This document shows, piece after piece, positions 36,823 to 49,400 of a DNA stretch of 64,000 nt. The DNA is taken from assembly GCA_965178125.1 (NCBI GenBank), contig OZ237741.1, forward strand, positions 868,001 through 932,000, written 5' to 3'. The position numbers were made by a program, and so were the translations under genes. The notes under the pieces are model-generated. The model ran no database searches and was not told the origin of the DNA. It saw nothing but the letters and a program-made list of their open reading frames with translations. The number at the start of each line of letters is the position of its first letter. Position 1 is the stretch's first letter. Origin of the DNA: Bilabrum cf. latius (Eukaryota).

Positions 36823-38652
36823 TTACTGCCTAGCGCCTGCTCGTCGGCGTGGCTTGAGGCTGTCATCGCTCACACTAGCCTGGTAATATTGGGCCAGCCG
36901 ATGAAACCAGGACGAAGTACCGACTGCGCCAGCATCTGGCAACTCCACTGACACGATTTCGTTGTCCTAGTCGACTGCCCCGTCGTCCACTGCACCGACG
37001 ACCTTCTTGTTCGCTAGTATGCTGCGCCCATCCTAGACCGCTTTCACCGCCCTGTCAAGCCTCTCTAACCTCTGCACCTCTCGCCAATTCCTATGCTTGC
37101 CAGCGTAAAACGCCGCTGCTCCCACAGTCTTGGGAGCAGGCTTTACCCCGATTGCAGCCGCGAGCTCAGCCAACATGGCTGCGGAGCCTTGCGCGCGATG
37201 GCCCTCCGACACCCGGAGGTACAAATCATTCAGAGCATGCAGCGAGCGGGTACCGGGCTTGACGCTGTACGAGCGCATAAGTCGTAGCGTGCTGCACGCC
37301 CCGTCAACGTCTCCCCTTGCGCACCAACTCTGCAGCAAGCCCACGAACCACGTCTCCGACAACGAGCCTTCGGAAGATCCGAAGGGCGACCCACTCGTGT
37401 CGCTGGTATGGTACCGACAAACGGATTCGAGGACTCTGTGCGCTGTACCGAGCTCCCCGTTGATGTATAGAGCCCTGACAAGCTCGCTGGCCAGGTTGGC
37501 ACCGTGTCGCGCGGCCGCTAGCGACCTAACCATCGACTCGCACTCTTGCCCCGATAGCAACGGTCCTGCCAGTTGCCCGACCACTCGGCTCGCTGCAGAT
37601 ACTTTGCTGCTGTAGTTTGCACTTACTTCTGGCCCTTCCCCATCCCGCCCGTCTTGTACATCAGCTGGGCCACTCGCCGCCGCGGCAGATCCCGCATCGC
37701 TGGACCCATTGACGGCAGCTTCCGCCGCCCAAGCGCGCAGGAAGTCAACAGCTGCTGACGCACGCAGGGACTATCGCACTCGCATCGTCATTCGACTTGA
37801 CGCAGCAATCTTGGTCGTCCCAAAATGCCCGCCGGACGACGCTGGCTCGATGTCTTCTTCCACCCCATGAGCCTGCGACGGTCTACTAGCAGGCACTGGC
37901 ATGACAGGCATCTCGCCGCCTTTCCCTGTCGCCACACTTCGAAGATTCGCTACATAGATGAGTTCTTTAGCAGGGCTTCCGGTCCAGACGCCGACCTGAC
38001 TAGCGACGGCTCGCGTTGGTGGGGCGCCAGCAAGCAGACGCACGATCGAGGCGGCTAGCCTGCTGTCAATTTGCATGCCTGCATCGCGACTCATATCAAT
38101 TACCCGGTGAGCAGTGTCAACTACAACATCAACTTGGGAGTTTGAATGCTTGACGCCCAAAGCATCTGACAACAAGGCAAGATCAGCCTGCTCGAACGGT
38201 CGTCCGAACCGGTTGTGTCTCCAGTCCAACAGCAGCAACGCTGCATCGGCGTGGCGCCAGCGAATTGCAGCGAGAACTGCAGCTCGAAACTGTGACAGAG
38301 GCCTTCTGGCTATCGATTCTGCATCGCCGCCACTTGTCCACTCTTTCAGCGCGCTGTCCACTGTTGCAATCGATCTCGGCGAGATTGATGCTGCCCGCGA
38401 TGACGCCCCCAAAATGCAAGCTGCCAAGCTCTAAGGGGTGATGTAGTTTGGTTGGATTCTAGATGTTGCGTACAAGCTCAACTGACTGGAGCGAGCAGTT
38501 CTATCAGCCAACAGGGCAGCCTCGTCTGCCGGTGCCCCACGGGCAACTTTGGAACAACCGCCGTCCAAAGACAGCACGGGCCTCCAACCAGCTCGTAAAG
38601 ACTAGCGGAAACGAGCACAAGCAACGGAAGCTCTGTCGGATGCTTGCCGCAT
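36823..38652 (-). CDS. PPR-like repeat protein, possibly mitochondrion-targeted, ~609 aa
   Basis: ORFs 37771-38427 and 37033-37584 are in frame and extend through 5 TAGs from ATG 38652 to TAA 36825-36823. Arg-rich N-terminus MRQASDRASVACARFR; PPR-like helix pair TWFVGLLQSWCARGDVDGACSTLRLMRSYSVKPGTRSLHAL. Confidence 0.68.
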
Positions 38653-38792
38653 CCCACAGAGAAATGCAAATTCTGGCTGGCATCAATTGATGAGGAGAAC
38701 CAATAATTCCAAGCCCCAGATTGGCACAGAAACAAGCATTAAGAAGTACAATTGCCCCAGGGTGCTATACGCGTATAACTTTGTTCATTAGT
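38653..38792. promoter_or_regulatory. Putative bidirectional promoter (PPR-like / PRCC-like)
   Basis: 140-nt relatively AT-rich gap between divergent ATGs 38652(-) and 38793(+). Confidence 0.5.
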
Positions 38793-39770
38793 ATGGCATC
38801 TAGGCTGACCCTATATGAATCATCGTCAGATGAAGACGAGGAAACAGAGCCAGAGCCTCCCCGATCTGAGGAAATCCCGCTGGGCAAGAAAAGGCCACGT
38901 TCTGAAACAAAAGTAGCTACTGCAGGGGCGCAATTATAGAGTACTAGCGATCGACCCGCCAAGTCTGCCAAAGTGGTAGAACTTGTCGAAGGGGAGGAGC
39001 AGGCACCGGTCCGAGAAACAAGTGCCAGATCACAAAAACAACAGATTGGAGACCATCATAGCGGAGGAAAGCAAGTTGAGAGTAAAATACCAGTCCCTTA
39101 TCAGCGAAGCGTAGCTACAATTTCCACCGCAGCTCAGCTGGTGACTGCGTCATAGCCGTTTGCGCCTGGTCGGTATGTCGGCTCGACCTCCAGCCAGCCT
39201 GCGCAGTACCCCCAACCCCAAGGCTACGGCCAGTCCCAGACAAGTATTGATGCGGTATAGCGCACTGTAGGTCGCGATGCTGAGGCAGCACATGCAGCGG
39301 CAGCCTCTCTCGGCATCCCGCCAGCAGTGGCAGCGGGGTTAGACCCCAAGGCACTTCGGGACATGATGAAGGCGAGCGGAGGTGGGCGACGGAAGGGTCG
39401 ATTGCGGGCAGACTTGACATAGCACCATGGTGGAGGCAGTGCGTCCGTGGCGACCCTTGTCAGCGGAGTGAAGGTTCACTCGTTGAGAGCTCGTGATGTC
39501 CACGGGTCGTGGAGTGCCGAGGATGTCGCGGCGGTGGGGTCAGCTCCTGCACCCCAACGCACGGTTCTGTCGACGGCATGGGACGCTTCATCGGGTAAGA
39601 TGACAACCATTGAGGGCGCAGGTGTTGGTGTCGGTCAGCGCAAGCGACAGAACCAGTTGACGGTGATGGCGTCTCGGGCGATGCAGCTTGAGACAGAAAG
39701 GATCGGGCCAACGGCGGAGGAAAATGCCAGGGCGGCCAAGAAAGCTTCCAAGAAGAAATATGGATTCTAA
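38793..39770 (+). CDS. PRCC: PRCC-like protein (mitotic checkpoint / spliceosome-associated), ~325 aa
   Basis: Single frame with 4 TAGs. N-terminal LTLYESSSDEDEE and C-terminal RKRQNQLTVMASRAMQLE...AKKASKKKYGF-stop resemble the PRCC family termini; ends TAA directly after KYGF. Confidence 0.78.
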
Positions 39771-40015
39771 TCGTTTTTCTGCTTCTGCCGAATCACTGCA
39801 TGCTATAACCGACAAGTTCAAAAGAGAATCGGTGTATAAGAAAGCAAAAATCGACAATGGCCACATACGGCCATAACAGAACTTAAATCAGATGGCATTC
39901 CATGCTGCTACACTCTTGGCCGCTAGAGCACCAGTTCAAGACCAGGAGACGCTAAATACGCGACTACAGTCTCTACTATTTGATGCCCACGGCAGCTCAA
40001 GATGAGCAATCGACC

Positions 40016-40294
40016 TTTAATTGGGCTCTATAGTCGCTTTGGTCCTGCCAGTCCCCGGGCGGCTTTGCTCTAGAAGTGCTCGCTGCATGCACGGAATCAC
40101 GCACACAAACACGCCGCGACGCCACTCGTGTGCCCCCTTGCAAGTGCAAAGGGCGACACTAGGTGGATCGCGATGCATCGTGTGTGAGCCAAAGGCTCTC
40201 GGTCATCCATGCAGGTCAGCAGCACATCGGGCGAAGGCCTCCCCGGGGCGGATCAGGAACCCAGAAGCGTGGCGCACAATGGGCGCACGTCCAA
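40016..40294 (-). other. Conserved non-coding block downstream of cadherin copy B
   Basis: Reverse-complement match to 20551-20826. Confidence 0.7.
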
Positions 40295-40407
40295 TCCAGT
40301 CGACTGCACAAAGCAGCATTGCATGCCGCAGCCACACCAGGGCACAGCCCCAGCAGACCACTTTCCTCCGTTCTACCGAGTCACCAAAGCTCAGCGCAGC
40401 ACAAAGC

Positions 40408-43400
40408 TCACTTTCCATCAGAGCTCGAGGTGCTGGTCTTGGCGAAAGTCATGGGGTTCTGCGTCTGGTCCGAGCCAGAGGCGGTCCGGCTCAGTAGCCC
40501 GCGCCGAGACCCACCGGCCCGGCCAGCACGCAGGGAGTTGCGTCCAGCACGCCGGATGCCCACAGTGCCAGCTGCGCCTGGCGACGCCGCACCCTCCGCC
40601 TTCGTGGGGCCGAAGGCATTCCGAGACCGGCCAGCCGATCCAGTGCGACCGGCACGACGCACTCGGCGACCAGCACCCTCACTGGCTACTCCAGTGGACA
40701 GGCTGTCGCCCATTCCGGCCATGCCTTCGGTCTTCCGCAGGCGCTGCACCTCCGCCTTGAGCTCGCGCACGTGGTTCCGCACGAACTGCCATGTCGCGGC
40801 GTCCGGCACGTCAGTGGCCAGGAGGGCCTCATCGGCCTTGGCACCCGTGTCGGCCCCCTTGGAGGACCCGGAGCCGAGGAACATCGGGTTCACGCCCACG
40901 CCGGACGCAGACTCCGCGTTGCCGCCGGACATCTCCAGTCCACCGGCGCCGCCGCTGTCCCCGGCAGCCGAGCTGCCGCCGGTTTCGAGGTCCCTGAGCC
41001 GCTGGAGCTCCTTCATGGCGCGCTGGGACATGGGGCCGGCCTTGCCCTTGCCAGCCTTGCCACCCTTGCCCTGTCCGGCCTTGCTCAGCGCGTCCTTGCG
41101 CCGCTGCTCGTTCAGAGACGTGTACACCTCCAGGCCGATGGACACAGCGCAGAAGATCAGCCCGCCGAAGATCAGCATCATGGTCACCACCGTCAGCACA
41201 TCGCGCTCGATAGCGCGACTCGACTGCACCCCGATCAACTCGTCGTCGAAGCGGCCCGACTGGAAGCACACGCCAGACAGCGCGATCAGTACAGTCAGCG
41301 CCAGCTGTGTGCTCTCCAGAGTGTTGTACGACACAGCGCACTGGGTGGCGGCCGCAGTCACAGACGCCATCAGCGAGTCGTCGCTGGCACTGCCGCTGAT
41401 GCCCTACCCGAAGCGGCGGCGGTCCCAGGCCTTGGCACGGTCCTGGAACACGCGCTGCAGCCTGCCCTTGATGGTCACGTGCAGCACATCGCCGTCCTCG
41501 CAGCGCTGCTCATGGTCGCGGATGACATCGGCCATGTCCTCGCGAGACATGTACGGCATCACGTACACCTGGGCTGTGTAGCTCAGGAACACCACCAGCA
41601 GCAGGGTGGCCAGCTGGTACGCAGCATTGTTCACGAACAGCAGGCTCACCACAGCCACGCCGAACTTGCGGGCCAGGATAGTCAGGATCCAGTACGGGGC
41701 CACCACAGGACGGAAGAAATAGTACAGCTTGTGCAGACTCTTGCGCGTGTCGAAGGCATGCGGGTTGGTAGCACGGTCCTTGCCAAGACCGCGCGCCCTC
41801 AGCAGCTGATCTTCCACGATCAGGTCACGGCTCCTGTACAGCAGCACGGCCACAGTTACTGGGTATGCCACAGTGTACACTGCAAAAGCAATGATGGCAA
41901 ACGGAAGCAGCGTCATCTGCACGCCGCCTGGCTTGCCGCACTCCTCGAACACGACCTGAAGGTATAGCTTGCCGTCAGGTGGGGTGGTGGGACTGCAGTT
42001 CCACACGTCCAGGATGGTGCGTGTGAGCTGCAGGTACAGGATGTACAGCGAGCCAGAGCCCATCATGAGCAGGATAGGATAGTGGTTGCAGCGCTTGCTC
42101 TTGGGGCGGCCCAGCACCACCAGCTTGTACAGGTACAGAGACACGTGACACAGCCCGAACATTGCCAAAGCCGCGAGGGGCAGCAGCATGATGGCAGTCC
42201 ACTGCGCGATGTAGCCCACGTTAGGTACGATGCACTGAGGGGCCACGATGTCGATGTTGAGGTTGAAGGCCGACAGGATGCGGAAGATGTTCAGCACGAT
42301 CGGAGGCCACGGCACCTTGGATCGAGCAAGGATGGCAAGCACCTGGGCATAGTCCAGACTGAGACTCAGGGGGGCAATCTGGATGTCAGCCTTGGCCACG
42401 AAGTACGCACCGATACCCATGAACAGCACCGCCACCACAAACAGGATCAGGATCACCCACTGGTTGTCGGGGCACTCCTCGCATACGCCCAGCGTAGACC
42501 GGAAATGGCCCTCGGAGCACTCGGCGCACCGCGGACCTGTGTACGCGGCGGAGCACTCGTTGTTGCCCAGACACGCGTCCTGTGGCTGGCACGGCAAGAA
42601 GTGGAAGCAGTAGGATCGCAGCTCCTGGGACGCCTCCCCACGGCGCTCCTCTGGGCATGCCAGCTCGTCCCGCTTGTTGGGGTCAGCTGCAGAGATGTTG
42701 GGCCGCATGTCGAAGAACCCAGCCAGCGACACGGGGTCCACCGGTCCACCAGGGCAGTCGGCACCCACGGGACAATCCAGGCACCACTCGCCGTTGTCAC
42801 CATAGTAGTCGTTATCGCACTCGGCAGACAGCCGCAGAGACAGCTCGTCGTTGTACCTGGTCTCTTGCAGCGCCACGCTCACGGAGATGTTCTTGCGGCC
42901 AGCGCGGTCCTCCATGGTCTCGCACTCCAGGAATGGCTCAGGCGGGACAGCGGCGGAGTCAAGCGTCCACCTGCCGCCGCCATTGGTGCAGTTAAGACCT
43001 CCGATGCTCACTAAGAAACCGTCACCGGGCAGTGGCGGGGTCTCGCCGAGGTTGGTGCCAAAAATCAGCACGGTGTCGCCGGCTGCGCTGGGCTGGTTGG
43101 GACTGACAAAGAAGATCTCGGGGGCATCGTAGCTGACCAACACGGGGTTTGACAGGCGCCCGTCCACTGCCACCACCAGTCGCAGGTCCCGGCCATAGCC
43201 CTGGGGCACCCCAGCCGGGATCTCCGAATGCGAGTGGAAGCGCGCCCCCGAGGTGTCGAGGGCATATCCACTGGGCTCGGCCACGTCTGGTCGAAGGCTC
43301 AGGGGGATGCGGGCGGTGGGCACGCCGCGAGGACGGCCCATCTCGTCGGTGGCCTGCAGCGGCGGAGAGGCGAAGAACTCGTCCTGCGTCACCTCCACGG

Positions 43401-46400
43401 CCCCGTCGATGCGAGGAGGCAGCAGTCGCATCTCAGTGCGCGCCGTGGCCGCAATTCCGAACGAGTGGCCCAGCACGCGCATGGCTGCCCTGTCCTCAGG
43501 TGCGATGCTCTCGGCGAACGTGCCTCGAGTTGGCACCTCGGCTGGCATGGCTACAGACGCGATGTACGGGGCATCGTACTCGAAGTCGCTGGCACCAGCA
43601 CTGCGCTGGCCCATCACCACCACATCGATCATCAGACCGTCGCCCTGGCCCTCGGGAAGCACGAAGGAGATCTGGTCATGGTCCTGCGAAAGCACAGGCA
43701 CCACGGCACCGAACCACGCAGGACCAGTTCCGGTCTGCGCGCGGCGAGCGGCAGCCTCACCAGCATCGGGGGTCGGCAGCACGCGCACAACGGCGCCCAT
43801 CGTACCGCAATCCGCGCACGACACATTCACCACCACTCCGCCTTCAGTCGGGAAAAGAGGCACAGACGGGTCCCGAGAGCCGCCCACCAGCGACATGGCA
43901 TCGTTTTCGGAGGCAAAGCCAAGCACCCGAGGGGCGTTATACTAGAAGGCTGCCTCCGCCGCGGCAGCGTCGTTGGACTGCCCACCAGCTGTCACGCGCC
44001 AGCCCCACCCGGCACCCTGACCGGCGGGCACGGTGCAAGACACGCTTGTATGTGTCCAGCCCACAGTCATGCACTCCAGCGGTGCAGGTACGGCTGGCTC
44101 CACAGGGGTAGGCAGCGGGTTGCCGTCACCATCCAAGGGGGCTGGCAGCGCGCGAGGCACAGACGGGTTCCACACGAGATGCACGGCGGGTGCCTGCACG
44201 CCAAAGTTCGATCCTGCCAGCGTCACGTTGACCATGCCGCGAGAAGGCACATCCAGCTCACCACCACCAACAAGGGCAGCTGACGCCACGGAAGGAGCCA
44301 TATATCCGATCTGGAAGGAATCCGATAGCCGGCCATTGTCCAAAAAGGCGTTACGGGCGGCGCCCTGTCCCTCCCTCACATCTAGCACCACCTCCTCGTG
44401 GTCCCAAGACACCACGTCCACATTCACGCCATCAACCACCACGCCGGCATCCCCAGGCACAGCGCCAAAGTTCATGCCAGTGATCGTGGTCCGGCCACCA
44501 GAGGTGGGCAGCAGCGAGGGACTCACAGATGACACCGACGGCGCAGCGTAGTTCCAGTCGAAGTCAGGAAGCGATGCCACGCCGCCTCGGAGCACCGTCA
44601 CACCGATGCCTGCACCCTGTCCTGCAGGTGCTGTGCACGTCAGCTCGTACGTTGAGGCGGCGGTGCACGGGGCGGCATCAATGCACCGCACTGACACGTT
44701 CGTGCACGGGCTGCCGTCCACGTCCACAGACATCACGCCAGCGGTTGTGGACCAAGCCGTGCCCCGCATGGTGACCACAGTGCCGCCACGGGTGGCCAAG
44801 TCGGGCCTGACCTCGCCATCGCCTCGCTCTGCGATGGACGGTGACACTGACTCGAACAACACGCCCGCTGTCTCGCGGCCCGTGCCGTCCTGCACCCATA
44901 CGCATCCCCGCTCCACATTGGACACGATGCAGTTCACCTGCTCGTGACCCGACACGATCTCGCACTCAGAATGCGCAGCCACCTCCCAGCGGGCCAGCAG
45001 CAGCACGCCCTGACTGGTGGTTGGACACGTGGGGGGATCGAAGCCCACCTGAGGCGGGGCCTCGCCCACCACGAACACGGGGCTGGGACCGAAGTTGGTG
45101 CCTGTTGCCGTGATGCGGTAGTCGGTCGGGCGATCGATCGGATCGAACAACTCGGCATGCAACCGGGTCAATGCAGGGCTGTCGTAGTCGAATGCCACCA
45201 CGTTCGACCGCAACCAGGACGAGGGGCCCTGTCCCGGGTCCACCAGTGCCTGCACGCCCAGGTCGGAGCCCTCTCCCTCGGGCAGCAGGAACGTGACGCG
45301 GTGCGCAGGGGCTGTCGTGGTGCCGGCAGACTGCAGCACCACAGCGCGGGTCGAGTCAACATGCCCAGTGGTGCCGTCGGGGAACCCAAACAGCAGACGC
45401 AGTGAAGACTGAGACGAGCTGCCCGACTCATCGCCAGCATCGCCAGATCGGATGCGAGAGTCCTGAAGACCGAGGTTGGTCCCATCCACAGTCACGGCAA
45501 CGAGGCCCTTCGTGGGACCGTTCGTGGGCTGCACGTTTGTCAGCACAGGAGGCGCGTAAGACAGGGTGGCTGTGGGGTTCAGGGCAGAGGACTGTCCGCG
45601 CACAGTGACCCGGAACACATGGCCCCGGCCCACACCAGCTGCCGTGCGACAGCGGATCCGCTCGTGAGACAGCACGGTGCAGTTCCTGGCGTCATACTCT
45701 TGCCCCGATGCGCCATACCGTACCGAGTCCAGGTACACGCGCCCGAACGGGGCCTGCGCCATGGGAGGTCCGAAGTTCTCGCCCGTGAGCTCAAACACCT
45801 GCCCGCCATCTGTCCATGCGTCAGTCACCACGAGGCCATTGGAGTCACCAGTGGCAGGATCAGTCACAGCAGACACGCTCGGTGCGGCGTACGCCGTGGT
45901 GGGCTGCCTCGACTCCAGCCCATCCACAATGACACGCCATTTCAGGCCAGCACCGGCACCTGGCTGCTTGGCGCACGTGATCTCCTGGTGCGCCACGGTC
46001 ACGTTGCAGCTGGCAGTGGCATCGAACTCGAGTCCCCTGCGGTCCATCTCCTCCAAGTCAACGTCTCGCTCCTCCAGCCCGTACCTGACCTCATCCAGGA
46101 AGGCCTTGCCCACGGGCCCGAAGTGCTCGCCCCTGATCACAACCACGTCCCCGCCTGGTGTGCTGGCGTCCACAGCGCCCTCGCCCTCGTACAGAGACAC
46201 CACGGGCGCGGCATAGCTCACGGTCGTCACCTCGACTTCATCCACAAGGCCATCGGCATCCTCGCTGGCCTCAGCAGCAGCGGGCATAGTGGACTCAGAC
46301 ATCTGACCGCCGACCGCGGCTCGCACGGTGTGGTTCGCGCCAGTGCCGACCGACGTGACGCATGTGATCTGCGAATGCGCGAGCGATACACGGCAAGACG

Positions 46401-49400
46401 CAGCCAGGAACCGAGCCGAGTTGAGTCCGCCGTATGTCACGCTTGGCATGATGGACACGCCGCCCGCCATCCAGCTGCTGTCACCGTGAGGACCCAGATC
46501 TGCGTAGTCCTGGGTGGTCCAGCCGGTAGGCCCGAAGTCAGTGCCGCTCACTAGCAGCTCCAGTCCACCGCGAGTGGAGCCTGCTACCGCACCGGGGCCA
46601 CCCACGCTTGTCACTGTAGGGACAGCGTACGACGTACGAAGGGCACCAGATGTGGGAGTCGATTGCAGGCCGCCAGCGTACACGATCCACGAGTGCATCT
46701 TACCGAGACCCTCTGGCAGTGTGCAGTTCACCATGTCGTGATCACGCACCACCTCGCATCCCACCGCCATGAATCGGGTCGAGTTGGCACCACCGAAAGT
46801 GGCCCGCACGTCGAGGCCAGCCAGCACGATGGGGTGGCTCTGGGCCAGCGCAGGCCCGAAGCTGGATCCAATCAGAGAGATGATGGGCCCACCAGCTGTA
46901 GGCAGCGAGTCCAGACCAACGGAGCTCGAGTCATCCGCGCCAACCATGATTGAGGTGACGGTCGGGGTCTCGTACGACACCGAGCTGCCGAAGCCCACGG
47001 ATATCTGGCCACCAACTGTAGCAACGAACTCCAGAGGCCCGCCCACACCAGCAACAGGGTGGCACGTGATCTGCACGTGCGCATTCGTCACACGGCAGTC
47101 GCGAGCCGCGAATGCATTCTCTGCCAGATCGGGCCCGTAGCTCAGCTGCACCAGCGTGCCCACCGGCCCGAAGTTGGCGCCCTCCACTACGATGGACACG
47201 GTGTCATCAGCCGCGCCGCGAGTTGACAGGATGTTGCCTGTCCCGCCCACGCCTGCCACGCTCGTGATCGACGGTGCCGAGTAAGACGTGGTAGCAGAGG
47301 ACTCGGCCGATGATGCCGAGTGATCGCGCGCGTTGACCGAGTCAAGCAGCCGAAGTACCCACACGTGCCCAGCGCCCACACCCTCAACCACCCTGCAGGC
47401 CACCTCAAAGCCGGCCTGCTCAAAGCGACACTCAGACGCAGTGTATCGAGTGGGGTCAGAGGCAGGCCCATAGGAAGCCGCCAGCTGGTACGTGCTCAGG
47501 TCGAGGCTCTCGGCATCCACGCGAGCCTGCACTGGAGAGAAGCCAGTCCCCTGAAGCACAACCCAGTCGCCGCCCACCGTGCCGTACTGCACGCTGCCGC
47601 CCTCGGCACCGATGCCACCGCCATCAGCCGTCGCATTGTCGCCCGCACCAGGCTGCACAAAGCCACCGTCCTCACCACCGATGCCTTCGCCCATCACTGT
47701 GCCATCAGGCCCGATGGCAGCGTCCGTGTCTTCCATGTACCTGAACCCAGAGATGAACGCATCGTCCACGTCCTGCACGCGCACCGTGACAGACGCATCC
47801 GTGCGGAGACCGCCTCCATCCGTCACGATCACACGCACCTCATACGAGGCCCGCATCTCCCAGTCCAGCTGCTGGCCCGGCCTCAGACGAAGGCTGCCAG
47901 ACGATCGATCCATTTCGAACAGCTCGTACACCATGGCGTCCTCCACGGCCTGCGGGCTGGGAGCGGTGTTATTCCCAGTGGTGCCCTGGTCGCCGGCATC
48001 CGGGGCTGTCGAGTTGCCGTCCACCTCAACCCCATCGTCCTCGTCACCGTCACCCTGGTCAGGAGAGGAGCTAGCGTTCTGCGCAACCAGCAAACTGGGA
48101 TCGCCGGCCAGCAGCACCTCGAAACTGCGCCATTCCTCCCGAGAGTCGGGGTCGGAGATGGACACAGTGCCCACAGCAGCGCCGGCCGCAGCGTCCTCTG
48201 CCACAGCCAGGACCTGGTCGGCAGGCACAGACGGGTAATCGTTCGAGTCGATCAGCGCGATGAAGACGTCGGCTGTGTCTGAGGCACCGCGCCCATCCGT
48301 AGCCACGATGGTGCACCGGAAGCTGGGGCTCAGCTCAAAGTCGAGCACACCTGCTTGGCCAACACCGAGAGACCCGCTAGACCCATCGCCCAAGATGGTC
48401 ACTGCACTGCCGCACGCGCGAGTGCTCTGTGATGTGGGTGACGCGCCAGTGGGGGCGCGGATCGTGTACCGAACCGTGCCGTTGTCAGCCACATCGTCCT
48501 CGCGCGCCATCAGCACAGCCACAGCGCCTTGTCCCGGCGTGGCCTCCTCGGCGGCATCAGCCATGCGGACAGCAGTGCCCTCCGCCGCGCCCTCCTCGAT
48601 GGTCACGTCGAACCGCGCGGAAGATGGGATCCGCCGGGCCGTGTCGAAGTAGGGCGCCTCAGCCACCTCATTCACATTGATCACGATGGTGGTAGCGCTG
48701 CTGAGCGGAGTAGTGCTGTGCGAGTCAGTGGCTGTCAGCACGGCCTCAAACCGTCTTGTGCCATGTTCGTAGTCGAGCAGCCCGGAGCCGGCTCCACCGG
48801 AACCAGATGCCACCTGGATGATGGCTGTGCCGTCTGCGCCGCTGCTGATATCACCGCCAGTTGCGCTCTGCACCACGAACGGGAACGGGGCGTTGGCAGA
48901 TGCACCAGTCGGTGCCAAGGAGAACGAGACTGTCTGTCCATCATTGGCATCCGAAGCATCGATGCGGCCCACAAGCGTAGCATCCTCGGCGTTCTCATCC
49001 ACAGCAATGGTGAACGATGTAGCACTGAACGTCGGCGCTAGGTTGGTATCAGTCAGTTGCACAAGCACAGTGCCGGTACCAGTCAGGCCCTCCTTGTCCG
49101 TCACCTGGACACTCAGGCTGAACTGGTTGGCTCCTGCTACGCCTGTGGACGAGAAGGTGAAGCCGTCCTTGGCCGCGTTAGTGGCAGTCACAAACAGCTG
49201 GCCAGTACCCTGCTCCACGCTGAAGATACCGTCACTGTCTCCTGCCGTGATCGAGAAGTTGAACCGCTCCGTGAACGTGCTGCTCTGCAGGTCCTCGTCC
49301 GCGACGAATGTCGCGAGGGGGCGCCCAATCGTGCCGGCTCGAGAGGCTGCTGCGAAGAAGTTGCCGCTCGAGGCATCCAGAGACGGGGCCTCATTCACAT

